Below are positions 39,170-49,322 of a DNA stretch of 64,000 nt, in pieces. Where the stretch lies: contig CAWGYD010000001.1 of NCBI GenBank assembly GCA_963826785.1, positions 544,001 to 608,000 on the forward strand, read 5' to 3'. The translations under genes were made by a program, and so were the position numbers. Position 1 is the first letter of the stretch; every line of letters begins with the position of its first letter. This stretch comes from an uncultured delta proteobacterium (GTDB taxonomy: Bacteria; Desulfobacterota; Desulfobacteria; Desulfobacterales; Desulfosalsimonadaceae). The notes beneath the pieces were generated by a model that saw only the letters and a list, made by a program, of their open reading frames with translations, ran no database searches and was not told the DNA's origin.

Positions 39170-40038
39170 TGACCGGCCCCGATTCAATTTCTTTCGGTGG
39201 AGCGGATCTCCCGGCAGTTTCCCTGGAAGAAGCCGCGGCGCTGATATTGCCGGTCTATTATGAACTGGCCCCCTCCTATGGCACGGGCAGCATGGAGGGG
39301 CCGTTTCATATCCTGACGGCGTCTGCGGAACTCGAAGCCGTGGATGAGGAAACCTTCACCGAATGGGGGGCCATGGGCGTTCACACCCTGCCGGCTCTCC
39401 ATCCGTCCGGGAATCCGGAAGCTTGTGTCGATCAGATCCGTTTATCGGCTGAAGCTTTTTTAAAAACCGGGAAATTCCTGTTGTCCCTGGGCGGGGATCA
39501 TGCCATCACCATCGGCCTGGCTGGTGCCGCAAACCGGGTTTTCGGAAACATCGGCGTCCTGCAGATCGACGCCCATGCGGATCTGCGGGACAGCTATCAC
39601 GGCAGCCGGTACAATCATGCCTGCGTGATGCGCCGGGTGGCCGATGATCTTCATCTCCCGTTTGTCCAGGCGGGAATCCGGTCGTTTTCACCGGAAGAGG
39701 CGGCCTATATCCGATCAAATCGCCTGTCCCCGTTCTATGCCCACCAGATCGACCCGCTGGATCATTCCTGGATGGATGCGGCCATCGACCGGCTGCCGGA
39801 ATCCGTTTACCTGACGCTGGACCTGGACGGTCTCGATCCATCGGTTGTGCCGGGAACCGGGACTCCGGAACCGGGCGGACTGACGTATCGCCAGGTGGTG
39901 GAGCTGATCCGGCGACTGGGAAGCCGCCGCCGGGTGGTCGCCGCAGACATCAATGAACTGGCCAAAATACCCGGAACCCAGGTCTCCGAATACACTGCCG
40001 CCAGACTCGCCGCCAAGATTCTCATCCACTGCATCTGA
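39169..40038 (+). CDS. speB: Agmatinase
   Basis: LGGDHAIT, IDAHADLR, LDLDGLDP, GTGTPEPGG; coupled to pdaD. Confidence 0.9.
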   Translation: MTGPDSISFGGADLPAVSLEEAAALILPVYYELAPSYGTGSMEGPFHILTASAELEAVDEETFTEWGAMGVHTLPALHPSGNPEACVDQIRLSAEAFLKTGKFLLSLGGDHAITIGLAGAANRVFGNIGVLQIDAHADLRDSYHGSRYNHACVMRRVADDLHLPFVQAGIRSFSPEEAAYIRSNRLSPFYAHQIDPLDHSWMDAAIDRLPESVYLTLDLDGLDPSVVPGTGTPEPGGLTYRQVVELIRRLGSRRRVVAADINELAKIPGTQVSEYTAARLAAKILIHCI

Positions 40039-40165
40039 TCCGTTAAAATTCAAACTTGAATTTTCCCGATATCCCGGATACAAAATTTAAGGGTTGCAAA
40101 TCCCGTCCGCTTTTCCCAGCGGATGATAAAAATCCCTTCCAATGTAAAGGACACCCGCCGATCCG

Positions 40166-40864
40166 ATGAAACAACTGACCTGGAAAAAGAAGCTGAAGCT
40201 CGAAATATTGTCCATGCTGGTGACCGGCATGGCCCGCCTCTGGTTTGGCACGGTGCGCGTCAAGATCGTAAACCCGGAGGTATACGACCGGTATTTCAAG
40301 GACCCGCAGACGGGAAATGTGGTGGCCGGCAGCTGGCACCGCCACGCGATTTTCATGTTCTATTTTTTTCGGAAACTGGGTCCCCGGGGGATCATGATCA
40401 GCCGGAGCATGGACGGTGAATTGACCGCCCGGATCGCCCGACGGCTGGGATATACCCCCATCCGCGGGTCATCCTCCAAGGGCGGATCTGCCGCGCTGCA
40501 GGAGATGACTGCGTACCTGGGCGAGAAAAATGAAAAAAGGCTGTGCGGGACCCCCGTAGACGGCCCGCGGGGGCCGGCGCGGAAAATGAAAAAAGGGATG
40601 CTGGTGCTGGCCAAAAATTCCGGGTCATGGTTTATCCCCATGGCCTGCTCGGGGACGCGGATGCTCACCTTTGCCAGGGCCTGGGACAAGACCATCATCC
40701 CCAAGCCTTTCAGTAAAATGGTACTGGCTTTCGGCGACCCGGTGCGCATCCCCAAGGACATAGAAGATGACGCCTTCGAAAACCTGCGGGAAGAAATGGA
40801 AATCGAACTCGACGCCCTGACCGACGAGGTGGACCGGATGTGCGGTTATTCGGCAGCAGCATAA
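40166..40864 (+). CDS. DUF374 lysophospholipid-acyltransferase-family protein
   Basis: WH, ISRSMDGE, IRGSSSKGG, DGPRGP, WDKTIIPKPFS. Confidence 0.85.
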   Translation: MKQLTWKKKLKLEILSMLVTGMARLWFGTVRVKIVNPEVYDRYFKDPQTGNVVAGSWHRHAIFMFYFFRKLGPRGIMISRSMDGELTARIARRLGYTPIRGSSSKGGSAALQEMTAYLGEKNEKRLCGTPVDGPRGPARKMKKGMLVLAKNSGSWFIPMACSGTRMLTFARAWDKTIIPKPFSKMVLAFGDPVRIPKDIEDDAFENLREEMEIELDALTDEVDRMCGYSAAA

Positions 40865-40974
40865 AGGGAGATAGAGGGAAGCATGAGCAAACGGCAGCGC
40901 CGCCGATCAATCTCCTGACTTCTGAAGTCTGCACAAAAAAAGCCCGGTGAAACATGGAAATCCATATACTCAGG

Positions 40975-42606
40975 TCAAGATGAATTACATTGGGTCAGGG
41001 AGATAAGGTAGGTTCTCAGGTTGATTTTTTATATTTCAGGTTCAGTTTCTGTCTGATATTTTCGTGATATTTATGTGGAGGGATGATCTATAAACGGCAA
41101 TTTCCTTATTGGTCTTTGCTTCCCGGAATTGGCCACCATGACTTCCGTTGGGGTAAATTCAGATAGGTTGTCTGCAGCTTCCGCAGAACGGCGAGCTACT
41201 TGTTTGATATGCGATTTAATTGTCAGTATATACTCTTTTTCCACTGGCTGATTTTTTCCGATTCAACAATTTTTCAATATATGGGAAAATGTTTTTTTCC
41301 ATATTTTCAAAAACATCCATTTCAAAGTGTTCCTTGTCTTTTTCTCTTTGTTCAGAAGACTTTGAGCGCTGCGTTCATCTCCCCAAGCTTCGGGTTCTTT
41401 CCATAACACGATTCTCCAAAGATCATGGGACTTTTTCAATTCTCTTTCCGCTCTTTTCCGGTCGGAGATGTCCACAAAGGCATACAATATATGGAGGGGT
41501 TCCATTTCCGCGTCGCTGATGGTATTGACGGACAATTGCACATCAAATGTCGATTGGTCGCGACGCTTTACCATCAGTTCGCCTAACCAATTGCCTTTTT
41601 GTAGGATCGCCTTGTTAATTTCTCTGGCGTTTTTTTCCAATCCTGCAAAATTCTGGATCGGGTGGCCGATAATCTCTGCCGGAAAAGAACCGCCCCACAT
41701 CTCATAAAATGCGTCATTTACATAGGTTATATTTCCGTCGATATCCGTGATAGCCATCCCGTTGATGGAACTTGACAGCGCGATGTCCTTGATGCGCATT
41801 TGTTCCTGCATTCGCTTCTGTTCGGTCACATCCACAAAGGAACACATTATACAAATCGGCTGATTGGATGAATCCCTTATCAGGCTGGCGGACAGATGGA
41901 CCGTATTATACGATCCGTCCTTTCGCTTGCCGACAAACTCTCCTCGCCAATAACCTTTTTCTTTAACCACGCTAAAGATGTGCACCATCTCTTCCCAGGA
42001 TTGGGCGAATTTCGCCGCATAATTACCCGAAAGTTCAGATTTTTCACATCTCCAAATCTCGGCGGTGGCATCATTGGCAAAGGTGATTTTCCCTTTGATG
42101 TCGATTAAGATGATACCGGTAATGGATTTTTCAATGGCAATATCCTTAACCCTCATCTGCTCCAACAGTTCTTTTTTCTCGGTGATATCCATAAAGGAAT
42201 ACATCAGGCAGACGGGGATACCCTGTCTGTTCTGGACCAGGTTGGCCTGTAGATAAAGATAATTATGTGTGCCGTCCTTTCTGATGCCGGCAATTTCTCC
42301 GCTCCAGACACCGTCTGACATGGCGCCCTTAAATACCTCCAGGCTATTTTTCTTTGCAAGACTGAATTTCTCGGCAGATCTATTGATGTAATCCGATGGA
42401 TCGGTGCACCGCCACATCTTTACCGCTGCTTCGTTTGCATAAAATATTTTGCCTTTCAGATCCGCAAACACAATGCCGGTAATGGATGTATCGATGGCAT
42501 TGTTTTTAAGCCAAAGCATGTCTGCGGTTTTAGTAAAGTCAAGGTTCTCAAGGGGAAAGCCCCCGGGCGCAAATCGTAATTTTTCCTTCAGAACTTTTTC
42601 AGTCAT
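40975..42606 (-). pseudogene. Triple-PAS + LuxR-type HTH regulator; C-terminal part broken by many indels
   Basis: Three PAS repeats, then fragments in shifting frames: LENRVMERTRSL, EMNAALKV, NIFPYIEKL, FTPTEVMVAN, KTNKE, ENIRQKLNL, INLRTYL. Confidence 0.75.
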
Positions 42607-42847
42607 GACGGACCTCTACGGATTGTGCTGCATAATTTTCTCTGTGAACCTAAGGGCTTTTTTTGTAAGCAATATTATCATTGAATCATATTTGACTTCA
42701 AAAAGAAAGAGGGAGTTTTTGCCTCCTGTTTTGCTCCTTTTTTTTGCCCATTAAATAGACTTGATCGGTCATCCGAAGACACTATATAGTTTTACCTAAC
42801 CAACATATAAGAATTTGTCATAAAAATGGAAAATCGGAGGTCGCCTT

Positions 42848-43639
42848 ATGAAGCTATTTACGAATTATTTATTAAAAACGCTGGTCATTGTTTTTCTTTG
42901 CATCGGACTGTCAGCACTTTCCGCTGAAGCCAGGCCGAAGTTTCAGATGCCGTTTCCATGCAACCAGTCATGGAGCTGCGCCACCTATACCAGTCACAAC
43001 CCGCTCTATGCTGCTGACTTCAACTGTTGCGGCGGATGCAACTCGGATTTGGGGAAGAAAGTGGTTGCATCCTATAAGGGGACCGTAAAAACATCAGCCT
43101 ATTCAACGACATCAGGATATGGGAATTATGTCGTTATAGACCATGGCAACGGATGGACCACCTGGTACTGCCATTTGAACAGCCGCAGTGTCGGCAAGGG
43201 GCAGAAAGTGACAAGGGGGCAGAAAATCGGCACGGTCGGCAACAGCAGCGCCAAATACAATCTTTGCGCCCATCTGCACTATGAACAGCGGCTAAACAAT
43301 GTCGTCAAGAAAATTTATTTTAACGGCAGCCAAATCCCTTATTACAAAACAGTCACCTTAAAAAGCAAAAACTGCACTTCGACTGTGTATAAAACCGGTA
43401 CGGTAAAAACATCAGGTGCCCCGCTCAATATACGTTCAGGGCCCTCAACTTCTTACTCGGTTGTCGGCACGGTTGCAAACGGTAGCAAGGTGACGATCTA
43501 TTGCCAGACCTATGGTCAGAGAATTTCCGGCCCATATGGCACCACCACTGTATGGGACCGTATCGGCGCAGGGAAATATGTTTCCGATGCCTACATTTAC
43601 ACCGGGTCTGATGGTCTGGTGGCACCGCTTTGCAAATAA
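42848..43639 (+). CDS. Secreted M23 metallopeptidase with C-terminal SH3b-like domain
   Basis: Signal peptide; FQMPFPC, HNPLYAAD, YGNYVVIDHGNGWTTWYCHL, AHLHYEQ; LNIRSGPSTSY...WDRIGAGKYVSDAY. Confidence 0.9.
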   Translation: MKLFTNYLLKTLVIVFLCIGLSALSAEARPKFQMPFPCNQSWSCATYTSHNPLYAADFNCCGGCNSDLGKKVVASYKGTVKTSAYSTTSGYGNYVVIDHGNGWTTWYCHLNSRSVGKGQKVTRGQKIGTVGNSSAKYNLCAHLHYEQRLNNVVKKIYFNGSQIPYYKTVTLKSKNCTSTVYKTGTVKTSGAPLNIRSGPSTSYSVVGTVANGSKVTIYCQTYGQRISGPYGTTTVWDRIGAGKYVSDAYIYTGSDGLVAPLCK

Positions 43640-43743
43640 GCAGGTAAGTCAGTTTATACATTTTATCAAATCGAGTTTTCTTACAGGATCGCATACGAAA
43701 TACAGCCGGGTTTTGACCAATACATAAAGATACAGGTTTAACA

Positions 43744-44814
43744 ATGAAACAGATTAAAAGCACAACGTTTATTACTTACCTGCTTGTTTTCGCAATTGGC
43801 GTTCTATCCGGTTGGAACCTGCATTCTTTTCCAGATCCAGACCATGAGCAAGAATATTATCATCAAACAAAGCGGATGGGTGCCGGCGTTGACAACATCA
43901 AAGCGCCGGCCCCGCCACCGGATTCCTCATACGAAAATAGAGAAACGGAATGCATCCCGTGTAATGAATTTAAGGACAAACAGATTTCACCGCATGCGGT
44001 TTTGTCCGAAAATGTATCCGACATCAAGGATAAATCTCCAAGCGGCAGCGAAATGCCCATCGATGAATCGATCTTGGAAAAGCCTGAGGCTGCGCTGCTC
44101 CAGATGGCAAAAGAGGACCCTGAAACATTCATCGAAAATGTTTTGGAACAGTATCGTCCTGAAACAGAACTCAACACCCGTGAATGGCTTGCGGATTTAA
44201 TGCGGTCTGCCAATCCCGGGACACTTGACAAGCTTTCTTTTAAATTGGCGGTCAGCGATGATCCGTTGAAAAGGCGGCTTGCTTTTGAATTGCTTCAGAA
44301 TAAGTCACTGGAAGATCCCGAGGTCTGGCAAACTGTTCTTTATGCCTTGGAAAATGAATATGATGCTGAAACACTTGCTTTGGCCTGCCGGGCAGCCAAT
44401 CCCGCATTGTTACCGGATCATGATGCAGATCAAATAGCGGACCGGCTGCGCAATCTTGCCAGGCATGAAGATCCTGCCGTAAGGGGTTGGAGCATCATTC
44501 AGCTTGCCGCATGGGATAAAGAAAGCGCAGATGTTGTGGAATTCATAAATGCCGGATTGATTGACACTTCCCCTGAAGTGATGAACTGCGCGCTATCGGC
44601 AATAAATGCGGCACACCTCCAGAACAGAGTTCTTCAGAGCAATCTCTTGAATATCGCATCTGATACCCGAATGCAGTTCGAAACCAGGGAAACTGCTGTG
44701 AGACTCTTGAGCGAAAGTCCGCTCAATGATTCTGAACGCAATCGCCTGAAGCTCTATGCCGGAGAACTGACAAGTCGTTATCAACAATCCGAAGGGTCAT
44801 CGGATAACGAATAA
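43744..44814 (+). CDS. Membrane-anchored helical/HEAT-repeat-like protein
   Basis: N-terminal TM; SDDPLKRRLAFELL, HEDPAVRGWSIIQL, DTSPEVMNCALSAI. Confidence 0.65.
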   Translation: MKQIKSTTFITYLLVFAIGVLSGWNLHSFPDPDHEQEYYHQTKRMGAGVDNIKAPAPPPDSSYENRETECIPCNEFKDKQISPHAVLSENVSDIKDKSPSGSEMPIDESILEKPEAALLQMAKEDPETFIENVLEQYRPETELNTREWLADLMRSANPGTLDKLSFKLAVSDDPLKRRLAFELLQNKSLEDPEVWQTVLYALENEYDAETLALACRAANPALLPDHDADQIADRLRNLARHEDPAVRGWSIIQLAAWDKESADVVEFINAGLIDTSPEVMNCALSAINAAHLQNRVLQSNLLNIASDTRMQFETRETAVRLLSESPLNDSERNRLKLYAGELTSRYQQSEGSSDNE

Positions 44815-44927
44815 AACGATAGATTAGAGTTAGATCAGTTGCGAGGCGTAAACGTAAAGCCACGGGTCTCATGAAGAGCCCCGGATCGGCAGATAACAAT
44901 CAAAAAAAAAGGGGGCAAAAAGGGGGA

Positions 44928-45236
44928 ATAATCTTAAGGAGATGTGTAGACAATTTTAACCTTTTCAAAAGCCGGAGATGAAATTAAAACCGATGTTGTG
45001 ATTACGCCACCGAATATCAATCCGTTTGAAATCACCGACATGAAGGTCCATGATGGCACGAACATACGTTTTGAAATGGAAAAAAAATCAAATCAGACCC
45101 CAGACAGTTTATCCTTCATATTACCAACATCAAACCGGATCCGGGCCGCTATTTTGATAAAATTATGCTGACAACCACCAGTACCATCAGTCCGGATATT
45201 GATATCCGCGGATTTGGTATTATCCGGAAAAAATAA
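44928..45236 (+). pseudogene. C-terminal remnant of an Ig-like (DUF1573-type) protein
   Basis: Broken frames give AGDEIKTDVVITPPNINPFEITD...FILHITNIKPDPGRYFDKIMLTTTSTISPDIDIRGFGIIRKK*; no intact 5' part. Confidence 0.4.
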
Positions 45237-45340
45237 TCGATTTCCTGTCCCTTGAGCTATCTTATAGTGGGCAGAGCATGTGCTCAGCATGCGACTGCCA
45301 GGCGGGACAGATACATGGTGCTGTTGAACCGCTCAAGAAC

Positions 45341-45387
45341 AAAGAAAAGCCCGGTCTGCTCGCAAACGCAGACCGGGCTTTTATTTT
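45341..45387. terminator. Bidirectional terminator at the end of fhs
   Basis: aaaagcccggtctgc / gcagaccgggctttt with A/T tracts on both sides. Confidence 0.8.
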
Positions 45388-45394
45388 ATCTGGT

Positions 45395-47159
45395 TTAGAA
45401 CAGGCCGGATACCTTTCCGGTGGCCGGATCCACGTCGATTCTTCTGAAGGCCGGGTTGGAACCGGTTCCGGGCATCAGGCTGATGGTGCCTGCGCAGGGG
45501 CAGAGGAACTTCGCGCCGGAGTAGATGAGCACGTCGCGGATGGGCAGCCGCCATCCCTTGGGAACGCCCTTCTTGACCGGGTCGTGGGTCAGGGAAAGGT
45601 GGGTCTTGACCATCATGGTGGCAAAGTCGGCATACTTGGGATCTTTTTCCAGCATTTCGGCTTTGGCGTTGGCATCCGGTGCCCAGTCCACACCATCGGC
45701 GCCGTAAACTTCCTTGGCAATCAATTCCACGCGGTCGCGCAGCTTCATTTCCAGCGGATAGAGGAATTTGAAATCGTTTCCCTCTTCGCAGGCATCGATA
45801 ACCGCGTCGGCGAATTCCAGCGCGCCCTCGCCGCCTTTTTCCCAATGTTTGGACTCGGCGCAGCGGGCGCCGGCCGCTTCGGCAGCCTTCTTCACCAAGG
45901 CCACTTCCGCATCGGTGTCGGTGTAGAAACGGTTGATGCAGACCACCGGGTTGATGCCGGATTTGCGGATCACGCCGATCATGTGGACCATGTTTTCGCA
46001 GCCTTTCTCCACCAGGCTTGAGATTCTCCTTGGTGTAGGCTTCGTCAAGGGCCTTGCCCGCAACGACCTTGGGTCCGCCGCCGTGCATCTTCAGGGCGCG
46101 GATGGTGGCGGTCAGAATGGAGACATGGGGTTTTAAGCCGGAGAAGCGGCATTTCACGTTCCAGAATTTTTCAAATCCGATGTCTGCGGCAAATCCGGAT
46201 TCGGTGACGTGGTAATCCCAGAGTTTCAGGCCCACGCGGTCTGCGATAATCGAGCTCTGGCCCACGGCGATGTTGGCAAACGGGCCGGCATGCACCAGGC
46301 AGGGCTGATATTCGGCCGTGCTCATGAGGGTGGGGTTGATGGTGTTGCGCATAAAGGCCGCCATGGCATTTCCCACTTCGAGATCACGGCAGGTCACCGG
46401 TTTGCCGCTCTTGTCGAAAGCCACGGTGATATTGTTGATGCGCTCTTTCAGGTCGGCAAGATCCGTGGCCACGGCCAGGATGGCCATCAACTCGGAGCCC
46501 ACGGCGATGCCGAATTTGGACTGCATGGTGTAGCCGTCGGTGCGGCCGCCCAGGCCGATGACGATGTTTCTGAGCGCCTGGGCGCAGAAGTCGATGATCC
46601 AGCCCATTTCCACGCGGGTGGGGTCGATGTCGAGGCGGCGCATGCCGGTCAAGCGGGCCAGCTGCTCATCGTTGTAGTTTCTTTCATGCTGCATGCGGGC
46701 GGTCATGGCCACCATGCCCAGGTTGTGGGCGTTCATGATGTCGTTGATGTCGCCGGTAAGTCCCAGGGAGAATTCGGTCATGGGGATCAGCAGGGAGTTT
46801 CCGCCGCCGGCTGCGGTTCCTTTGACGTTCATGGTGGGGCCGCCGGAGGGCTGGCGCAGGGCACCGCCCACGCTTTTGCCCCGGGCGCCCAGGCCTTCCA
46901 TCAGGCCCAGCGATGTGGTGCTTTTGCCTTCACCCAGCGGAGTGGGGGTGATGGCGGTCACTTCGATGTATTTCCCGTCCGGTTTGTCTTTCAGACGGTT
47001 GATGACTTTCAGAAAGTCGATTTTGGACAGCCGGCCCATCGCCAGCATTTCTTCGGGCTCGAGTCCCAGCTTTTCTCTCCACGCTTCCGGCATGGGCATG
47101 TTCTTTTCCGCTTCTTCGGAAATCTGCCAGTCGGCCATTTTGGTTGCATCAAAAGCCAT
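45395..47159 (-). CDS. fhs: Formate-tetrahydrofolate ligase, one frameshift at ~46019
   Basis: [54 protein letters not shown]-terminus [10 protein letters not shown]...LMPG in ORF 45395..46063. Confidence 0.95.
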
Positions 47160-47353
47160 TTTCGTTTCTCCTTATCATTAAGGGGTTAATATACTAAGTG
47201 CCCAATATCATTATCACTTATGTATTTATATAAATTTTTACCCTTTTAGCACGAATCCGCTTCTTTGACAAGCGGTATATATATAGGGACCTGATAACCG
47301 TTTTTGCAACAAGAAAGATCGGACAGGGTATGGACACGCGTTTTGCGGGTTCA

Positions 47354-49322
47354 TCACGTTGTCCGTGACGGATGGTTCTGGAACTGATTGAGCCGGAAGT
47401 AGTAGCCTTTCTTTTCCATCAATTCGGCATGGGCGCCCGATTCGACAATTTTCCCGTCGTGGATCACCATGATCTTATCCGCAATCCTGGCGGTGCTCAG
47501 CCGGTGGGCGATGACCAGCATGGTGCGCAGCCGGCTCAGGTTGAGCAGGGCCTTCTGGATCTGATCTTCGGTGTTTGAATCGATATAGGAGGTGGCTTCA
47601 TCGAAGATGATCAGTTCGGGTTTGCTGGCCAATGCCCGGGCGATGGAAATCAGCTGCCGCTGCCCGGAAGACAGGGAGGCGCCGTGCTCGGAAAGCTCGG
47701 CGTCAAGTCCGTTTTCCATCTGCTGGATAAAGGACCGGCTCATGGACTGGGCCAGGATGGTGTCGATTTCTCCGGCGGTCAGGGATTGATCGGCCGGAAG
47801 GATGTTCTCCCGGATGGAGCCGGAAAAGAGAAAGGGGTCCTGGGTCACCAGGGCGATCCGGGAGCGCAGTTCGGCGGCGGCAAACCGCCGGATGTCGATG
47901 CCGTTTAACAGGATGCGGCCGGTGTCCGGATCATAGAACCGGCAGATCAGGTTGATGATGGAGGTCTTTCCAGCGCCGGTGGGCCCCACGATGGCGGTGG
48001 TCTTTCCGGCCTCCAGGGTGAAGGCGATCTGCTGGAGCACCGGTTCCCCGGGAATATAGGAGAAACAGACATCCTCAAATTCAAGTGAATCCAGCCGGGG
48101 CGGAATTCCCGATGCGATCATGGGCGGCCGGTTCGGGGATCGTGTCGGTTTCGTCTAAAATCAGAAACATCCGCTCGGCCGAGGAAAGGGCATTCTGGGT
48201 GATGTTGTATTTTTCAGCGATATCGCGCAGGGGCCGGAAGAACATCCGGATGTAGGAGATAAAAATCACTAAAGATCCCAGGGTGATCCGTTCGGCCAGC
48301 AGGCTGTATCCCCCGTAGAAAATGACAATGGCCAAAGCCACCGAACTCATCATTTCCACAAAGGGCATGAACAGGGCGAATACATTGATCTGGCGCATGC
48401 CGGCCAGGTAGTTTTCATGGTTCAGCGTCTTGAAATTTTCATAGTTGGCCCGCTCCCGGTTGAACAGCTGGATGACCTGGATGCCGCCGATGGTCTCGGA
48501 AAACCGGGAATTGATTTCCGCAATCTTGATGCGCAGGGTCCGAAAGGCCTCCCTGGCGCTGCCGGCAAATCGGAAGGCGGCGTAGAAAACCAGTGGAAAG
48601 AGGGCATATGTGGCCAGGGTCAGCCGCCAGTCGATGGTCAGCAGGACTAAAGTGATGCCGGCCAGCAGAAAGATGTCCTTGATCACGAAGATCAAAACGG
48701 AGTTGAACATTTCCTGCATGTTCTGCACGTCATTGGTCGCCCGGGTCACCAGCCGGCCTACCGGGTTGCGGTTGAAAAAACGGATGGAAAGCCCCTGGAT
48801 ATGGGCGAAAAGCGACATCCGCAGATCGTGCATGATTTTCTGGCCGGCAATTTCCATCAGCATGACCTGGCTGAAATTGACCCCGAAATTGAGCACCACC
48901 AGAAACAGAAGAAAAACCGCGATCCGGGCCACGCCCTTCAGGTCGTTTCTGCGCAGGTAGATGATTTCATCTGCCGGCAGGGTCCTGAGATGCTCATAGG
49001 AAATGCGGACGGCGCCGTCCGTTTTTTCAAAGAGCCGGGGATGCGCGTTTACGATGGCCGTCGCCTTTGGATCGGAAGGGCTTACCACCAGGTATCGCTT
49101 TTCTGCGGATTTTCCGGAGGTGCTCTGGGCGATTTCCCGGGGCACGATGTATTGGTCGATGGCGATTTTGGTCACATAGGGGATGGCCAGTTCGAACAAG
49201 GTGACAAAGACCATCAGGCCCAGCGCCGCCAGGAGCAGGAGCCGGTAGGGCCGGATATAGGGATACAACCGCACAAACAGTCGAAAATCGTGCGATTTGC
49301 CGAGTGTTTTCTCTTCAAACAT
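47354..49322 (-). CDS. ABC exporter TMD-NBD subunit (MdlB-like), frameshift at ~48115
   Basis: TMD in ORF 48081..49322; NBD in ORF 47354..48121 with GPTGAGKTS, LSSGQRQ, DEATS, IAHRLST. Confidence 0.9.

Noticed and set aside
40883..40918. RBS plus tiny ORF MSKRQRRRSIS at the islet border
   Set aside because: Too short to assign; could be a truncated gene start or chance in an error-rich region.
46010..46030. Programmed frameshifting in fhs, purH or ptsI
   Set aside because: No consistent slippery sites; scattered indels fit sequencing error better.
47160..47350. ZTP or THF riboswitch before fhs (also checked before purH, 61192-61301)
   Set aside because: No recognisable consensus; AT-rich promoter-like DNA only.
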